Of a stretch of DNA of 64,000 nucleotides, positions 1 to 14,028 are shown piece after piece. The stretch's first letter is position 1. The number at the start of each line of letters is the position of its first letter. Source of the stretch: Antedon mediterranea. Its lineage: Eukaryota > Animalia > Echinodermata. The notes beneath the pieces were generated by a model, which made no database searches, was not told the DNA's origin, and was given only the letters and a program-made list of their open reading frames with translations. The translations under genes and the position numbers were made by a program. The stretch covers positions 21,129,175 through 21,193,174 of the forward strand of contig NC_092677.1 in the NCBI RefSeq assembly GCF_964355755.1. Direction: 5' to 3'.

Positions 1-3000
1 GAGCAAAAAATAGTTAATATCGTATTTAAAAACGTTTTAGACCATTTTGAGCATTTCGACAAAACTTTTTCACACAAAACATCAAAGTGTACAGAATAGC
101 TTTAAATCGCATTTGGAGACGTTTTAGACCATTTTGTGATTTTCGAAAAAACTTGTTAACATAAAAACACCAAAGTGCTTAGAAAAGTTTCAAATCGCAT
201 TTGGAGACGTTTTAGACCATTTTGTTCATTTCGATGAAACTTGGTTACACAAAAACATCAAATTGCACAAAATGGCTTAATATGGTATGGGAAAACGTTT
301 TAGACCATTTTGAGCATTTCGAAAAAACTTTTTCACACAAAACATCAAAGTTTACAAAATAGCTTCAAATCGCATTTGGAGACGTTTTAGACCATTTTGT
401 GATTTTCGAAAAAACTTGTTAACATAAAAACACAAAAGAGCTTCAAATCGCATTTGGAGACGTTTTAGACCCTTTTGTGCATTTCGATGAAACTTGGTTA
501 CACAAAAACATCAAAGTGCTTAAAATCACATTAGAAACCGTTTTAGACACTTTTGAGCATTTCGTTAAAACTTTTCACACAAAAACATCAAAGTCCACAA
601 AATAGCTTAATATCGTATTTAAAAAAGTTTTAGACCATTTTGAGCATTTCGAAAAAACTTTTTCACACAAAACATCAAAGTGTACAAAATAGCTTGAAAT
701 CGCATTTGGAGACGTTTTAGACAATTTTGTGATTTTCGAAAAAACTTGTTTACATAAAAACACCAAAGTGCTAAGAATAGCTTCCAATCGCATTTGGAGA
801 CGTTTTAGACCCTTTTGTGCATTTCGATGAAACTTGGTTACACAAAAACATCAAAGTGCTTAAAATCACATTAGAAACCGTTTTAGACCATTTTGAGCAT
901 TTCGTTAAAACTTTTAACACAAAAACATCAAAGTGCACAAAATAGCGTAATATGGTATTTAAAAACGTTTTAGACCATTTTGAACATTTCGAGAAAACTT
1001 TTTCACACAAAACTTCAAAGTGTACAGAATAGCTTCAAATCGCATTAGAAACCGTTTTAGACCATTTTGTGATTTTCGAAAAAACTTTTTCACACAAAAC
1101 ATCAAAGTTTACAAAATAGCTTCAAATCGCATTTGGAGACGTTTTAGACCATTTTGTGATTTTCGAAAAAACTTGTTAACATAAAAACACCAAAGTGCTC
1201 AGAATACCTTCAAATCGTGTTTTGAGACGTTTTAGACCATTTTGTGATTTTGGAAAAACTTGTTAACATAAAAACATCAAAGTTTACAAAATAGCTTCAA
1301 ATCGCATTTGGAGACGTTTTAGACCATTTTGTGATTTTCGAAAAAACTTGTTAACATAAAAACACCAAAGTGCTCAGAATACCTTCAAATCGCATTTGGA
1401 GACGTTTTAGACCATTTTGTGATTTTCGAAAAAACTTGTTAACATAAAAACACCAAAGTGCTCAGAAAAGCTTCAAATCGCATTTGGAGACGTTTTAAAC
1501 CATTTTGTTCATTTCGATGAAACTTGGTTACACAAAAATATCAAAGAGCACAAAAGTATTTAAAAACGTTTTAGACCATCTTGAGCATTCCGACAAAACT
1601 TTTTCACACAAAACATCAAAGTGTACAGAATAGCTTTAAATCGCATTTGGAGACGTTTTAGACCATTTTGTAGTTTTCGAAAAAACTTGTTAACATAAAA
1701 ACACAAAAGAGCTTCAAATCGCATTTGGAGACGTTTTAGACCCTTTTGTGCATTTCGATGAAACTTGGTTACACAAAAACATCAAAGTGCTTAAAATCAC
1801 ATTAGAAACCGTTTTAGACCATTTTGAGCATTTCGTTAAAACTCTTCACACAAAAACATCAAAGTCCACAAAATAGCTTAATATCGTATTCAAAAACGTT
1901 TTAGACCATTTTGAGCATTTCGAAAAAACTTTTTCACACAAAACATCAAAGTTTACAAAATAGCTTCAAATCGCATTTGGAGACGTTTTAGACCATTTTG
2001 TGATTTTCGAAAAAACTTGTTAACATAAAAACACCAAAGTGCTCAGAATACCTTCAAATCGCATTTTGAGACGTTTTAGACCATTTTGTGATTTTCGAAA
2101 AAACAACATAAAAACACCAAAGTGCTCAGAATACCTTCAAATCGCATTTGGAGACGTTTTAGACCATTTTGTGATTTTGGAAAAAACTTGTTAACATAAA
2201 AACACCAAAGTGCTCAGAATACCTTCAAATCGTATTTTGAGACGTTTTAGACAATTTTGTGATTTTCGAAAAAACTTGTTAACATAAAAACACCAAAGTG
2301 CTTAGAAAAGCTTCAAATCGCATTTGGAGACGTTTTAGACCATTTTGTGATTTTCGAAAAAACTTGGTTACACAAAAACATCAAAGTGTACAGAATAGCT
2401 TCAAATCGCATTAGAAACCGTTTTAGACCATTTTGAGCATTTCGAAAAAACTTTTTCACACAAAACATCAAAGTGTACAAAATAGCTTCAAATCGCATTT
2501 GGAGACGTTTTAGACAATTTTGTGATTTTCGAAAAAACTTGTTTACATAAAAACACCAAAGTGCTAAGAATAGCTTCCAATCGCATTTGGAGACGTTTTA
2601 GACCCTTTTGTGCATTTCGATGAAACTTGGTTACACAAAAACATCAAAGTGCTTAAAATCACATTAGAAACCGTTTTAGACCATTTTGAGCATTTCGTTA
2701 AAATTTTTCACAGAAAAACATCAAAGAGCAAAAAATAGCTTAATATCGTATTTAAAAACGTTTTAGACCATTTTGAGCATTTCGACAAAACTTTTTCACA
2801 CAAAACATCAAAGTGTACAGAATAGCTTAATATCGCATTTGGAGACGTTTTAACCCATTTTGAGCATTTCGATAAAATTTTACACACAAAAACATCAAAG
2901 TGCACAAATTAGCTTAATATAGTATTTAAAAACGTTTTAGAACATTTTGAGCATTTCAACAAAACTTTTTCTCACAAAGCATCAAAGTGTACAGAATAGC

Positions 3001-6000
3001 TTCAAATCGCATTTGGAGACGTTTTAGACCATTTTGTGCATTTCGATGAAACTTGGTTACACAAAAACATCAAAGTGCTTAAAATCACATTTTGAGCATT
3101 TCGTTAAAACTTTTCACACAAAAACATCAAAGAGTAAAAAATATCTTAATATCGTATTTAAAAACGTTTTAGACCATTTTGAGCATTTCGACAAAATTTT
3201 TTCACACAAAACATCAAAGTTTACAAAATAGCTTCAAATCGCATTTCGAGACGTTTTAGACCATTTTGTGATTTTCGAAAAAACTTGTTAACATAAAAAC
3301 ACCAAAGTGCTCAGAATACCTTCAAATCGTATTTTGAGACGTTTTAGACAATTTTGTGATTTTCGAAAAAACTTGTTAACATAAAAACACCAAAGTGCTT
3401 AGAAAAGCTTCAAATCGCATTTGGAGACGTTTTAGACCATTTTGTGCATTTCGATGAAACTTGGTTACACAAAAACATCAAAGTGCTTAAAATCACATTT
3501 TGAGCATTTCGTTAAAACTTTTCACACAAAAACATCAAAGAGCAAAAAATAGCTTAATATCGTATTTAAAAACGTTTTAGACCATTTTGAGCATTTCGAC
3601 AAAACTTTTTCACACAAAACATCAAAGTTTACAAAATAGCTTCAAATCGCATTTGGAGACGTTTTAGACAATTTTGTGATTTTCGAAAAAACTTGTTTAC
3701 ATAAAAACACCAAAGTGCTAAGAATAGCTTCCAATCGCATTTGGAGACGTTTTAGACCCTTTTGTGCATTTCGAAAAAACTTGTTAACATAAAAACACCA
3801 AAGTGCTTAGAAAAGCTTGAAATCGCATTTGGAGACGTTTTAGACCATTTTGTGCATTTCGATGAAACTTGGTTAAAGTGCTTAAAATCACATTTTGAGC
3901 ATTTCGTTAAAACTTTTCACACAAAAACATCAAAGAGTAAAAAATAGCTTAATATCGTATTTAAAAACGTTTTAGACCATTTTGAGCATTTCGACAAAAT
4001 TTTTTCACACAAAACATCAAAGTGTACAGAATAGCTTTAAATCGCATTTGGAGACGTTTTAGACCATTTTGTTCATTTCGATGAAACAAAAACACAAAAA
4101 CATCAAATTGCACAAAATGGCTTAATATGATATGGGAAAACGTTTTAGACCATTTTGAACATTTCGTTAAAAGTTTTCACAAAAAAACATCAAAGTCCAC
4201 AAAATAGCTTAATATCGTATTTAAAAACGTTTTAGACCATTTTGAGCATTTCGAAAAAACTTTTTCACACAAAACATCAAAGTTTACAAAATAGCTTCAA
4301 ATCGCATTTGGAGACGTTTTAGACCATTTTGTGCATTTCGATGAAACTTGGTTACACAAAAACATCAAAGTGCTTAAAATCACATTTTGAGCATTTCGTT
4401 AAAACTTTTCACACAAAAACATCAAAGAGCAAAAAATAGCTTAATATCGTATTTAAAAACGTTTTAGACCATTTTGAGCATTTCGACAAAACTTTTTCAC
4501 ACAAAACATCAAAGTTTACAAAATAGCTTCAAATCGCATTTGGAGACGTTTTAGACAATTTTGTGATTTTCGAAAAAACTTGTTTACATAAAAACACCAA
4601 AGTGCTAAGAATAGCTTCCAATCGCATTTGGAGACGTTTTAGACCCTTTTGTGCATTTCGAAAAAACTTGTTAACATAAAAACACCAAAGTGCTTAGAAA
4701 AGCTTGAAATCGCATTTGGAGACGTTTTAGACCATTTTGTGCATTTCGATGAAACTTGGTTAAAGTGCTTAAAATCACATTTTGAGCATTTCGTTAAAAC
4801 TTTTCACACAAAAACATCAAAGAGTAAAAAATAGCTTAATATCGTATTTAAAAACGTTTTAGACCATTTTGAGCATTTTGACAAAATTTTTTCACACAAA
4901 ACATCAAAGTGTACAGAATAGCTTTAAATCGCATTTGGAGACGTTTTAGACCATTTTGTTCATTTCGATGAAACAAAAACATAAAAACATCAAATTGCAC
5001 AAAATGGCTTAATATGATATGGGAAAACGTTTTAGACCATTTTGAACATTTCGTTAAAAGTTTTCACAAAAAAACATCAAAGTCCACAAAATAGCTTAAT
5101 ATCGTATTTAAAAACGTTTTAGACCATTTTGAGCATTTCGAAAAAACTTTTTCACACAAAACATCAAAGTTTACAAAATAGCTTCAAATCGCATTTGGAG
5201 ACGTTTTAGACCATTTTGTGATTTTCGAAAAAACTTGTTAACATAAAAACACCAAAGTGCTCAGAATACCTTCAAATCGCATTTTGAGACGTTTTAGACC
5301 ATTTTGTGATTTTCGAAAAAACTTGTTAACATAAAAACACCAAAGTGCTCAGAATACCTTCAAATCGTGTTTTGAGACGTTTTAGACCATTTTGTGATTT
5401 TGGAAAAACTTGTTAACATAAAAACACCAAAGTGCTCAGAATACCTTCAAATCGCATTTGGAGACGTTTTAGACCATTTTGTGATTTTCGAAAAAACTTG
5501 TTAACATAAAAACACCAAAGTGCTCAGAAAAGCTTCAAATCGCAATTGGAGACGTTTTAAACCATTTTGTTCATTTCGATGAAACTTGGTTACACAAAAA
5601 CATCAAATTGCACAAAATGGCTTAATATGGTATGGGAAAACGTTTTAGACCATTTTGAACATTTCGAGAAAACTTTTTCACACAAAACTTCAAAGTGTAC
5701 AGAATAGCTTCAAATCGCATTAGAAACCGTTTTAGACCATTTTGTGATTTTCGAAAAAACTTGTTAACATAAAAACACCAAAGTGCTCAGAATACCTTCA
5801 AATCGCATTTTGAGACGTTTTAGACCATTTTGTGATTTTCGAAAAAACTTGTTAACATAAAAACACCAAAGTGCTCAGAATACCTTCAAATCGTGTTTTG
5901 AGACGTTTTAGACCATTTTGTGATTTTGGAAAAACTTGTTAACATAAAAACACCAAAGTGCTCAGAATACCTTCAAATCGCATTTGGAGACGTTTTAGAC

Positions 6001-9000
6001 CATTTTGTGATTTTCGAAAAAACTTGTTAACATAAAAACACCAAAGTGCTCAGAAAAGCTTCAAATCGCAATTGGAGACGTTTTAAACCATTTTGTTCAT
6101 TTCGATGAAACTTGGTTACACAAAAACATCAAATTGCACAAAATGGCTTAATATGGTATGGGAAAACGTTTTAGACCATTTTGAACATTTCGAGAAAACT
6201 TTTTCACACAAAACTTCAAAGTGTACAGAATAGCTTCAAATCGCATTAGAAACCGTTTTAGACCATTTTGAGCATTTCGAAAAACTTTTTCACACAAAAC
6301 ATCAAAGTTTACAAAATAGCTTCAAATCGCATTTGGAGACGTTTTAGACCATTTTGTGATTTTCGAAAAAACTTGTTAACATAAAAACACCAAAGTGCTC
6401 AGAATACCTTCAAATCGCATTTTGAGACGTTTTAGACCATTTTGTGATTTTCGAAAAATCTTGTTAACATAAAAATACCAAAGTGCTCAGAATACCTTCA
6501 AATCGTGTTTTGAGACGTTTTAGACCATTTTGTGATTTTCGAAAAAACTTGTTAACATAAAAACACCAAAGTGCTCAGAATACCTTCAAATCGCATTTGG
6601 AGACGTTTTAGACCATTTTGTGATTTTCGAAAAAACTTGTTAACATAAAAACACCAAAGTGCTCAGAAAAGCTTCAAATCGCATTTGGAGACGTATTAAA
6701 CCATTTTGTTCATTTCGATGAAACTTGGTTACACAAAAACATCAAAGAGCACAAAAGTATTTAAAAACGTTTTAGACCATTTTGAGCATTCCGACAAAAC
6801 TTTTTCACACAAAACATCAAAGTGTACAGAATAGCTTTAAATCGCATTTGGAGACGTTTTAGACCATTTTGTAGTTTTCGAAAAAACTTGTTAACATAAA
6901 AACACAAAAGAGCTTCAAATCGCATTTGGAGACGTTTTAGACCCTTTTGTGCATTTCGATGAAACTTGGTTACACAAAAACATCAAAGTGCTTAAAATCA
7001 CATTAGAAAAAGTTTTAGACCATTTTGAGCATTTCGTTAAAACTTTTCACACAAAAACATCAAAGTCCACAAAATAGCTTAATATCGTATTCAAAAACGT
7101 TTTAGACCATTTTGAGCATTTCGAAAAAACTTTTTCACACAAAACATCAAAGTTTACAAAATAGCTTCAAATCGCATTTGGAGACGTTTTAGACCATTTT
7201 GTGATTTTCGAAAAAACTTGTTAACATAAAAACACCAAAGTGCTCAGAATACCTTCAAATCGCATTTTGAGACGTTTTAGACCATTTTGTGATTTTCGAA
7301 AAAACAACATAAAAACACCAAAGTGCTCAGAATACCTTTAAATCGCATTGGGAGACGTTTTAGACCATTTTGTGATTTTGGAAAAAACTTGTTAACATAA
7401 AAACACCAAAGTGCTCAGAATACCTTCAAATCGTATTTTGAGACGTTTTAGACAATTTTGTGATTTTCGAATAAACTTGTTAACATAAAAACACCAAAGT
7501 GCTTAGAAAAGCATCAAATCGCATTTGGAGACGTTTTAGACAATTTTGTGCATTTCGATGAAACTTGGTTACACAAAAACATCAAAGTGTACAGAATAGC
7601 TTCAAATCGCATTAGAAACCGTTTTAGACCATTTTGAGCATTTCGAAAAAACTTTTTCACACAAAACATCAAAGTGTACAAAATAGCTTCAAATCGCATT
7701 TGGAGACGTTTTAGACAATTTTGTGATTTTCGAAAAAACTTGTTTACATAAAAACACCAAAGTGCTAAGAATAGCTTCCAATCGCATTTGGAGACGTTTT
7801 AGACCCTTTTGTGCATTTCGATGAAACTTGGTTACACAAAAACATCAAAGTGCTTAAAATCACATTAGAAACCGTTTTAGACCATTTTGAGCATTTCGTT
7901 AAAATTTTTCACAGAAAAACATCAAAGAGCAAAAAATAGCTTAATATCGTATTTAAAAACGTTTTAGACCATTTTGAGCATTTCGACAAAACTTTTTCAC
8001 ACAAAACATCAAAGTGTACAGAATAGCTTAATATCGCATTTGGAGACGTTTTAACCCATTTTGAGCATTTCGATAAAATTTTACACACAAAAACATCAAA
8101 GTGCACAAAATAGCTTAATATGGTATTTAAAAACGTTTTAGAACATTTTGAGCATTTCAACAAAACTTTTTCTCACAAAACATCAAAGTGTACAGAATAG
8201 CTTCAAATCGCATTTGGAGACGTTTTAGACCATTTTGTGCATTTCGATGAAACTTGGTTACACAAAAACATCAAAGTGCTTAAAATCACATTTTGAGCAT
8301 TTCGTTAAAACTTTTCACACAAAAACATCAAAGAGTAAAAAATAGCTTAATATCGTATTTAAAAACGTTTTAGACCATTTTGAGCATTTCGACAAAATTT
8401 TTTCACACAAAACATCAAAGTGTACAGAATAGCTTTAAATCGCATTTGGAGACGTTTTAGACCATTTTGTTAATTTCGATGAAACAAAAACACAAAAACA
8501 TCAAATTGCACAAAATGGCTTAATATGATATGGGAAAACGTTTTAGACCATTTTGAACATTTCGTTAAAAGTTTTCACACAAAAACATCAAAGTCCACAA
8601 AATAGCTTAATATCGTATTTAAAAACGTTTTAGACCATTTTGAGCATTTCGAAAAAACTTTTTCACACAAAACATCAAAGTTTACAAAATAGCTTCAAAT
8701 CGCATTTGGAGACGTTTTAGACCATATTGTGATTTTCGAAAAAACTTGTTAACATAAAAACACCAAAGTGCTCAGAATACCTTCAAATCGCATTTTGAGA
8801 CGTTTTAGACCATTTTGTGATTTTCGAAAAAACTTGTTAACATAAAAACACCAAAGTGCTCAGAATACCTTCAAATCGTGTTTTGAGACGTTTTAGACAG
8901 TTTTGTGATTTTCGAAAAAACTTGTTAACATAAAAACACCAAAGTGCTCAGAATACCTTCAAATCGCATTTTGAGACGTTTTAGACCATTTTGTGATTTT

Positions 9001-12000
9001 CGAAAAAACTTGTTAACATAAAAACACCAAAGTGCTCAGAATACCTTCAAATCGTGTTTTGAGACGTTTTAGACCATTTTGTGATTTTCGAAAAAACTTG
9101 TTAACATAAAAACACCAAAGTGCTTAGAAAAGCTTCAAATCGCATTTGGAGACGTTTTAGACCATTTTGTTCATTTCGATGAAACTTGGTTACACAAAAA
9201 CATCAAAGAGCACAAAAGATCTTAATATCGTATTTAAAAACGTTTTAGACCATTTTGAGCATTTCGAAAAAACTTTTTCACACAAAACATCAAAGTGTAC
9301 AAAATAGCTTCAAATCGCATTTTGAGACGTTTTAGACAATTTTGTGATTTTCGAAAAAACTTATTTACATAAAAACACCAAAGTGCTTAGAAAAGCTTCA
9401 AATAGCATTTGGAGACGTTTTAAACCATTTTGTTCATTTCGATGAAACTTGGTTACACAAAAACATCAAAGTGCACAAAAGTATTTAAAAACGTTTTAGA
9501 CCATTTTGAGCATTCCGTCAAAACTTTTTCAAACAAAACATCAAAGTGTACAGAATAGCTTTAAATCGCATTTGGAGACGTTTTAGACCATTTTGTATTT
9601 TTCGAAAAAACTTGTTAACATAAAAACACAAAAGAGCTTCAAATCGCATTTGGAGACGTTTTAGACCCTTTTGTGCATTTCGATGAAACTTGGTTACACA
9701 AAAACATCAAAGTGCTTAAAATCACATTAGAAACCGTTTTAGACCATTTTGAGCATTTCGTTAAAACTTTTCACACAAAAACATCAAAGTCCACAAAATA
9801 GCTTAATATCGTATTTAAAAACGTTTTAGACCATTTTGAGCATTTCGAAAAAACTTTTTCACACAAAACATCAAAGTTTACAAAATAGCTTCAAATCGCA
9901 TTTGGAGACGTTTTAGACCATTTTGTGATTTTCGAAAAAACTTGTTAACATAAAAACACCAAAGTGCTCAGAAAAGCTTCAAATCGCATTTGGAGACGTT
10001 TTAAACCATTTTGTTCATTTCGATGAAACTTGGTTACACAAAAACATCAAAGAGCACAAAAGTATTTAAAAACGTTTTAGACCATTTTGAGCATTCCGAC
10101 AAAACTTTTTCACACAAAACATCAAAGTGTACAGAATAGCTTTAAATCGCATTTGGAGACGTTTTAACCCATTTTGAGCATTTCGATAAAATTTTACACA
10201 CAAAAACATCAAAGTGCACAAAATAGCTTAATATGGTATTTAAAAACGTTTTAGACCATTTTGAGCATTTCAACAAAACTTTTTCTCACAAAACATCAAA
10301 GTGTACAGAATAGCTTCAAATCGCATTTGGGGACGTTTTAGACCATTTTGTGCATTTCGATGAAACTTGGTTACACAAAAACATCAAAGTGCTTAAAATC
10401 ACATTTTGAGCATTTCGTTAAAACTTTTCACACAAAAACATCAAAGTCCACAAAATAGCTTAATATCGTATTTAAAAACGTTTTAGACCATTTTGAGCAT
10501 TTCGAAAAAACTTTTCCACACAAAACATCAAAGTTTACAAAATAGCTTCAAATCGCATTTGGAGACGTTTTAGACCATTTTGTGATTTTCGTAAAAACTT
10601 GTTAACATAAAAACACCAAAGTGCTTAGAAAAGCTTCAAATCGCATTTGGAGACGTTTTAGACCATTTTGTGCATTTCGATGAAACTTGGTTACACAAAA
10701 ACATCAAAGTGCTTAAAATCACATTTTGAACATTTCGTTAAAAGTTTTCACACAAAAACATCAAAGAGTAAAAAATAGCTTAATATCGTATTTAAAAACG
10801 TTTTAGACCATTTTGAGCATTTCGAAAAAACTTTTCCACACAAAACATCAAAGTTTACAAAATAGCTTCAAATCGCATTTGGAGACGTTTTAGACCATTT
10901 TGTGATTTTCGAAAAAACTTGTTAACATAAAAACACCAAAGTGCTCAGAATACCTTCAAATCGCATTTGGAGACGTTTTAGACAATTTTGTGATTTTCGA
11001 AAAAACTTGTTAACATAAAAACACCAAAGTGCTCAGAAAAGCTTCAAATCGCATTTGGAGACGTTTTAAACCATTTTGTTCATTTCGATGAAACTTGGTT
11101 ACACAAAAACATCAAAGAGCACAAAAGTATTTAAAAACGTTTTAGACCATTTTGAGCATTCCGACAAAACTTTTTCACACAAAACATCAAAGTGTACAGA
11201 ATAGCTTTAAATCGCATTTGGAGACGTTTTAGACCATTTTGTAGTTTTCGAAAAAACTTGTTAACATAAAAACACAAAAGAGCTTCAAATCGCATTTGGA
11301 GACGTTTTAGACCCTTTTGTGCATTTCGATGAAACTTGGTTACACAAAAACATCAAAGTGCTTAAAATCACATTAGAAACCGTTTTAAACCATTTTGAGC
11401 ATTTCGTTAAAACTTTTCACACAAAAACATCAAAGTCCACAAAATAGCTTAATATCGTATTTAAAAACGTTTTAGACAATTTTGAGCATTTCGAAAAAAC
11501 TTTTTCACACAAAACATCAAAGTTTACAAAATAGCTTCAAATCGCATTTGGAGACGTTTTAGACCATTTTGTGATTTTCGAAAAAACTTGTTAACATAAA
11601 AACACCAAAGTGCTCAGAATACCTTCAAATCGCATTTTGAGACGTTTTAGACCATTTTGTTCATTTCGATGAAACAAAAACACAAAAACATCAAATTGCA
11701 CAAAATGGCTTAATATGATATGGGAAAACGTTTTAGACCATTTTGAACATTTCGTTAAAAGTTTTCACACAAAAACATCAAAGTCCACAAAATAGCTTAA
11801 TATCGTATTTAAAAACGTTTTAGACCATTTTGAGCATTTCGAAAAAACTTTTCCACACAAAACATCAAAGTTTACAAAATAGCTTCAAATCGCATTTGGA
11901 GACGTTTTAGACCATTTTGTGATTTTCGAAAAAACTTGTTAACATAAAAACACAAAAGTGCTCAGAATACCTTCAAATCGCATTTGGAGACGTTTTAGAC

Positions 12001-13399
12001 CATTTTGTGATTTTCGAAAAAACTTGTTTACATAAAAACACCAAAGTGCTTAGAAAAGCTTCAAATCGCATTTGGAGACGTTTTAAACCATTTTGTTCAT
12101 TTCGATGAAACTTGGTTACACAAAAACATCAAAGAGCACAAAAGTATTTAAAAACGTTTTAGACCATTTTGTGCATTCCGACAAAACTTTTTCACACAAA
12201 ACATCAAAGTGTACAGAATAGCTTTAAATCGCATTTGGAGACGTTTTAGACCATTTTGTAGTTTTCGAAAAAACTTGTTAACATAAAAACACCAAAGAGC
12301 TTCAAATCGCATTTGGAGACGTTTTAGACCCTTTTGTGCATTTCGATGAAACTTGGTTACACAAAAACATCAAAGTGCTTAAAATCACATTAGAAACCGT
12401 TTTAGACCATTTTGAGCATTTCGTTAAAACTTTTCACACAAAAACATCAAAGTCCACAAAATAGCTTAATATCGTATTTAAAAACGTTTTAGACCATTTT
12501 GAGCATTTCGAAAAAACTTTTTCACACAAAACATCAAAGTTTACAAAATAGCTTCAAATCGCATTTGGAGACGTTTTAGACCATTTTGTGATTTTCGAAA
12601 AAACTTGTTAACATAAAAACACCAAAGTGCTCAGAATACCTTCAAATCGCATTTGGAGACGTTTTAGACCATTTTGTGATTTTCGAAAAAACTTAACATA
12701 AAAACACCAAAGTGCTCAGAATACCTTCAAATCGCATTTGGAGACGTTTTAGATCATTTTGTGATTTTCGAAAAAACTTGTTAACATAAAAACACCAAAG
12801 TGCTCAGAATACCTTCAAATCGTATTTTGAGACGTTTTAGAAAATGTTGTGATTTTCGAAAAAACTTGTTAACATAAAAACACCAAAGTGCTTAGAAAAG
12901 CTTCAAATCGCATTTGGATACGTTTTAGACGATTTTGTTCATTTCGATGAAACTTGGTTACACAAAAACATCAAAGAGCACAAAAGAGCTTAATATCGTA
13001 TTTAAAAACGTTTTATACCATTTTGAGCATTTCGAAAAAACTTTTTCACACAAAACATCAAAGTTTACAAAATAGCTTCAAATCGCATTTGGAGACGTTT
13101 TAGACCATTTTGTGATTTTCGAAAAAACTTGTTAACATAAAAACACCAAAGTGCTCAGAATACCTTCAAATCGCATTTTGAGACGTTTTAGACCATTTTG
13201 TGATTTTCGAAAAAACTTAACATAAAAACACCAAAGTGCTCAGAATACCTTCAAATCGCATTTGGAGACGTTTTAGATCATTTTGTGATTTTCGAAAAAA
13301 CTTGTTAACATAAAAACACCAAAGTGCTCAGAATACCTTCAAATCGTATTTTGAGACGTTTTAGAAAATTTTGTGATTTTCGAAAAAACTTGTTAACAT
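1..13399 (+). repeat. Tandem satellite DNA array, 87-88-bp basic monomer (left of the retroelement; runs off the window start)
   Basis: The anchor GTTTTAGACC recurs at 88-bp spacing (1141->1229; 5291->5379) or 87-bp spacing (1811->1898), with 76/78-bp variants. All copies are in the same orientation, with no unique spacers. Confidence 0.99.
13390..13399 (+). repeat. Target-site duplication, left copy (TTGTTAACAT)
   Basis: An identical 10-mer lies at 14046-14055. Ordinary monomers carry it once (AAAC-TTGTTAACAT-AAAAAC). Confidence 0.92.
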
Positions 13400-13408
13400 C
13401 TCTCTCTC
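13400..13408 (-). repeat. (GA)n microsatellite 3' tail of the retroelement
   Basis: The plus strand reads CTCTCTCTC immediately after the left TSD. The element sense strand reads TGA TATGGCACTTC GAGAGAGAG. Confidence 0.8.
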
Positions 13409-13419
13409 GAAGTGCCATA

Positions 13420-14028
13420 TCATGAGACTTTGGCGATCATGTTGTGCCACAATTCTCTGTCTATTGCCATATTCAGCAACTCCACTTCTTTGGTATTCTC
13501 GCCTCTATTCCGAATCCATTCAGCTATGCTGGCCAACCAAGTGACTCTTTTCCTCCCCCTGCTCCTTCTTCCTTCTATTTTCCCCGGTAATGCCAAGTTC
13601 TCCAGACCTCCCTTCCTCAACACATGTCCCATGAATCTCATCTGTCTAATCCTAATACCCTTCAGTAGTTTCCTGCATACTCCAGCTCTTATCAATACAT
13701 CTTCATTACTAACTCTATCTGTCCATGGAATTCTCATCATTCTCCTTAGAAACCACATCTCACAGCTTTCCAATCTTTTTCTGAGGTCAGTTGTGATTGA
13801 CCAGGCTTCACTTCCATACATCAGCACAGGATAGATGTAGCAGTTTAATACACGCAACCTGGTTTCCATACTCATCGCACAGTTCTTCAAGATATTCTCC
13901 ATTTCTCCAAATGCGGATTTCGCAAGGACTATCCTTCTCTTTATCTCCGTTACACACCTGGCATCATCTGTTATTTTGCTCCCAAGATAGTTAAAAGAGG
14001 ACACCTGCTGAATTAACTGGTCTCCTGC
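13420..14028 (-). pseudogene. Fragment of retrotransposon ORF: distal RT (YLG motif), thumb and C-terminal region; lacks the endonuclease and the catalytic YxDD core
   Basis: 202 uninterrupted codons from AGDQLIQQV to IAKVS, followed by TGA at 13420-13422. The ORF-track N-terminus MLTKKKKKK (14029-14055) comes from the satellite target and the A tract, not from the element ORF. Confidence 0.9.

Noticed and set aside
575-8163. Short ORFs of 61-88 aa in the satellite (also at 14382, 22031-24419, 35888, 36449, 45888, 47677, 55754 and 58114)
   Set aside because: These are chance open frames of the repeat on both strands. They recur only because blocks are duplicated, monomer lengths of 76 and 88 break the frame, and no protein motif is recognisable.
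13412-13994. Plus-strand ORFs 13412-13834 (140 aa) and 13797-13994 (65 aa)
   Set aside because: They are antisense shadows of the retrotransposon ORF with no recognisable motifs.
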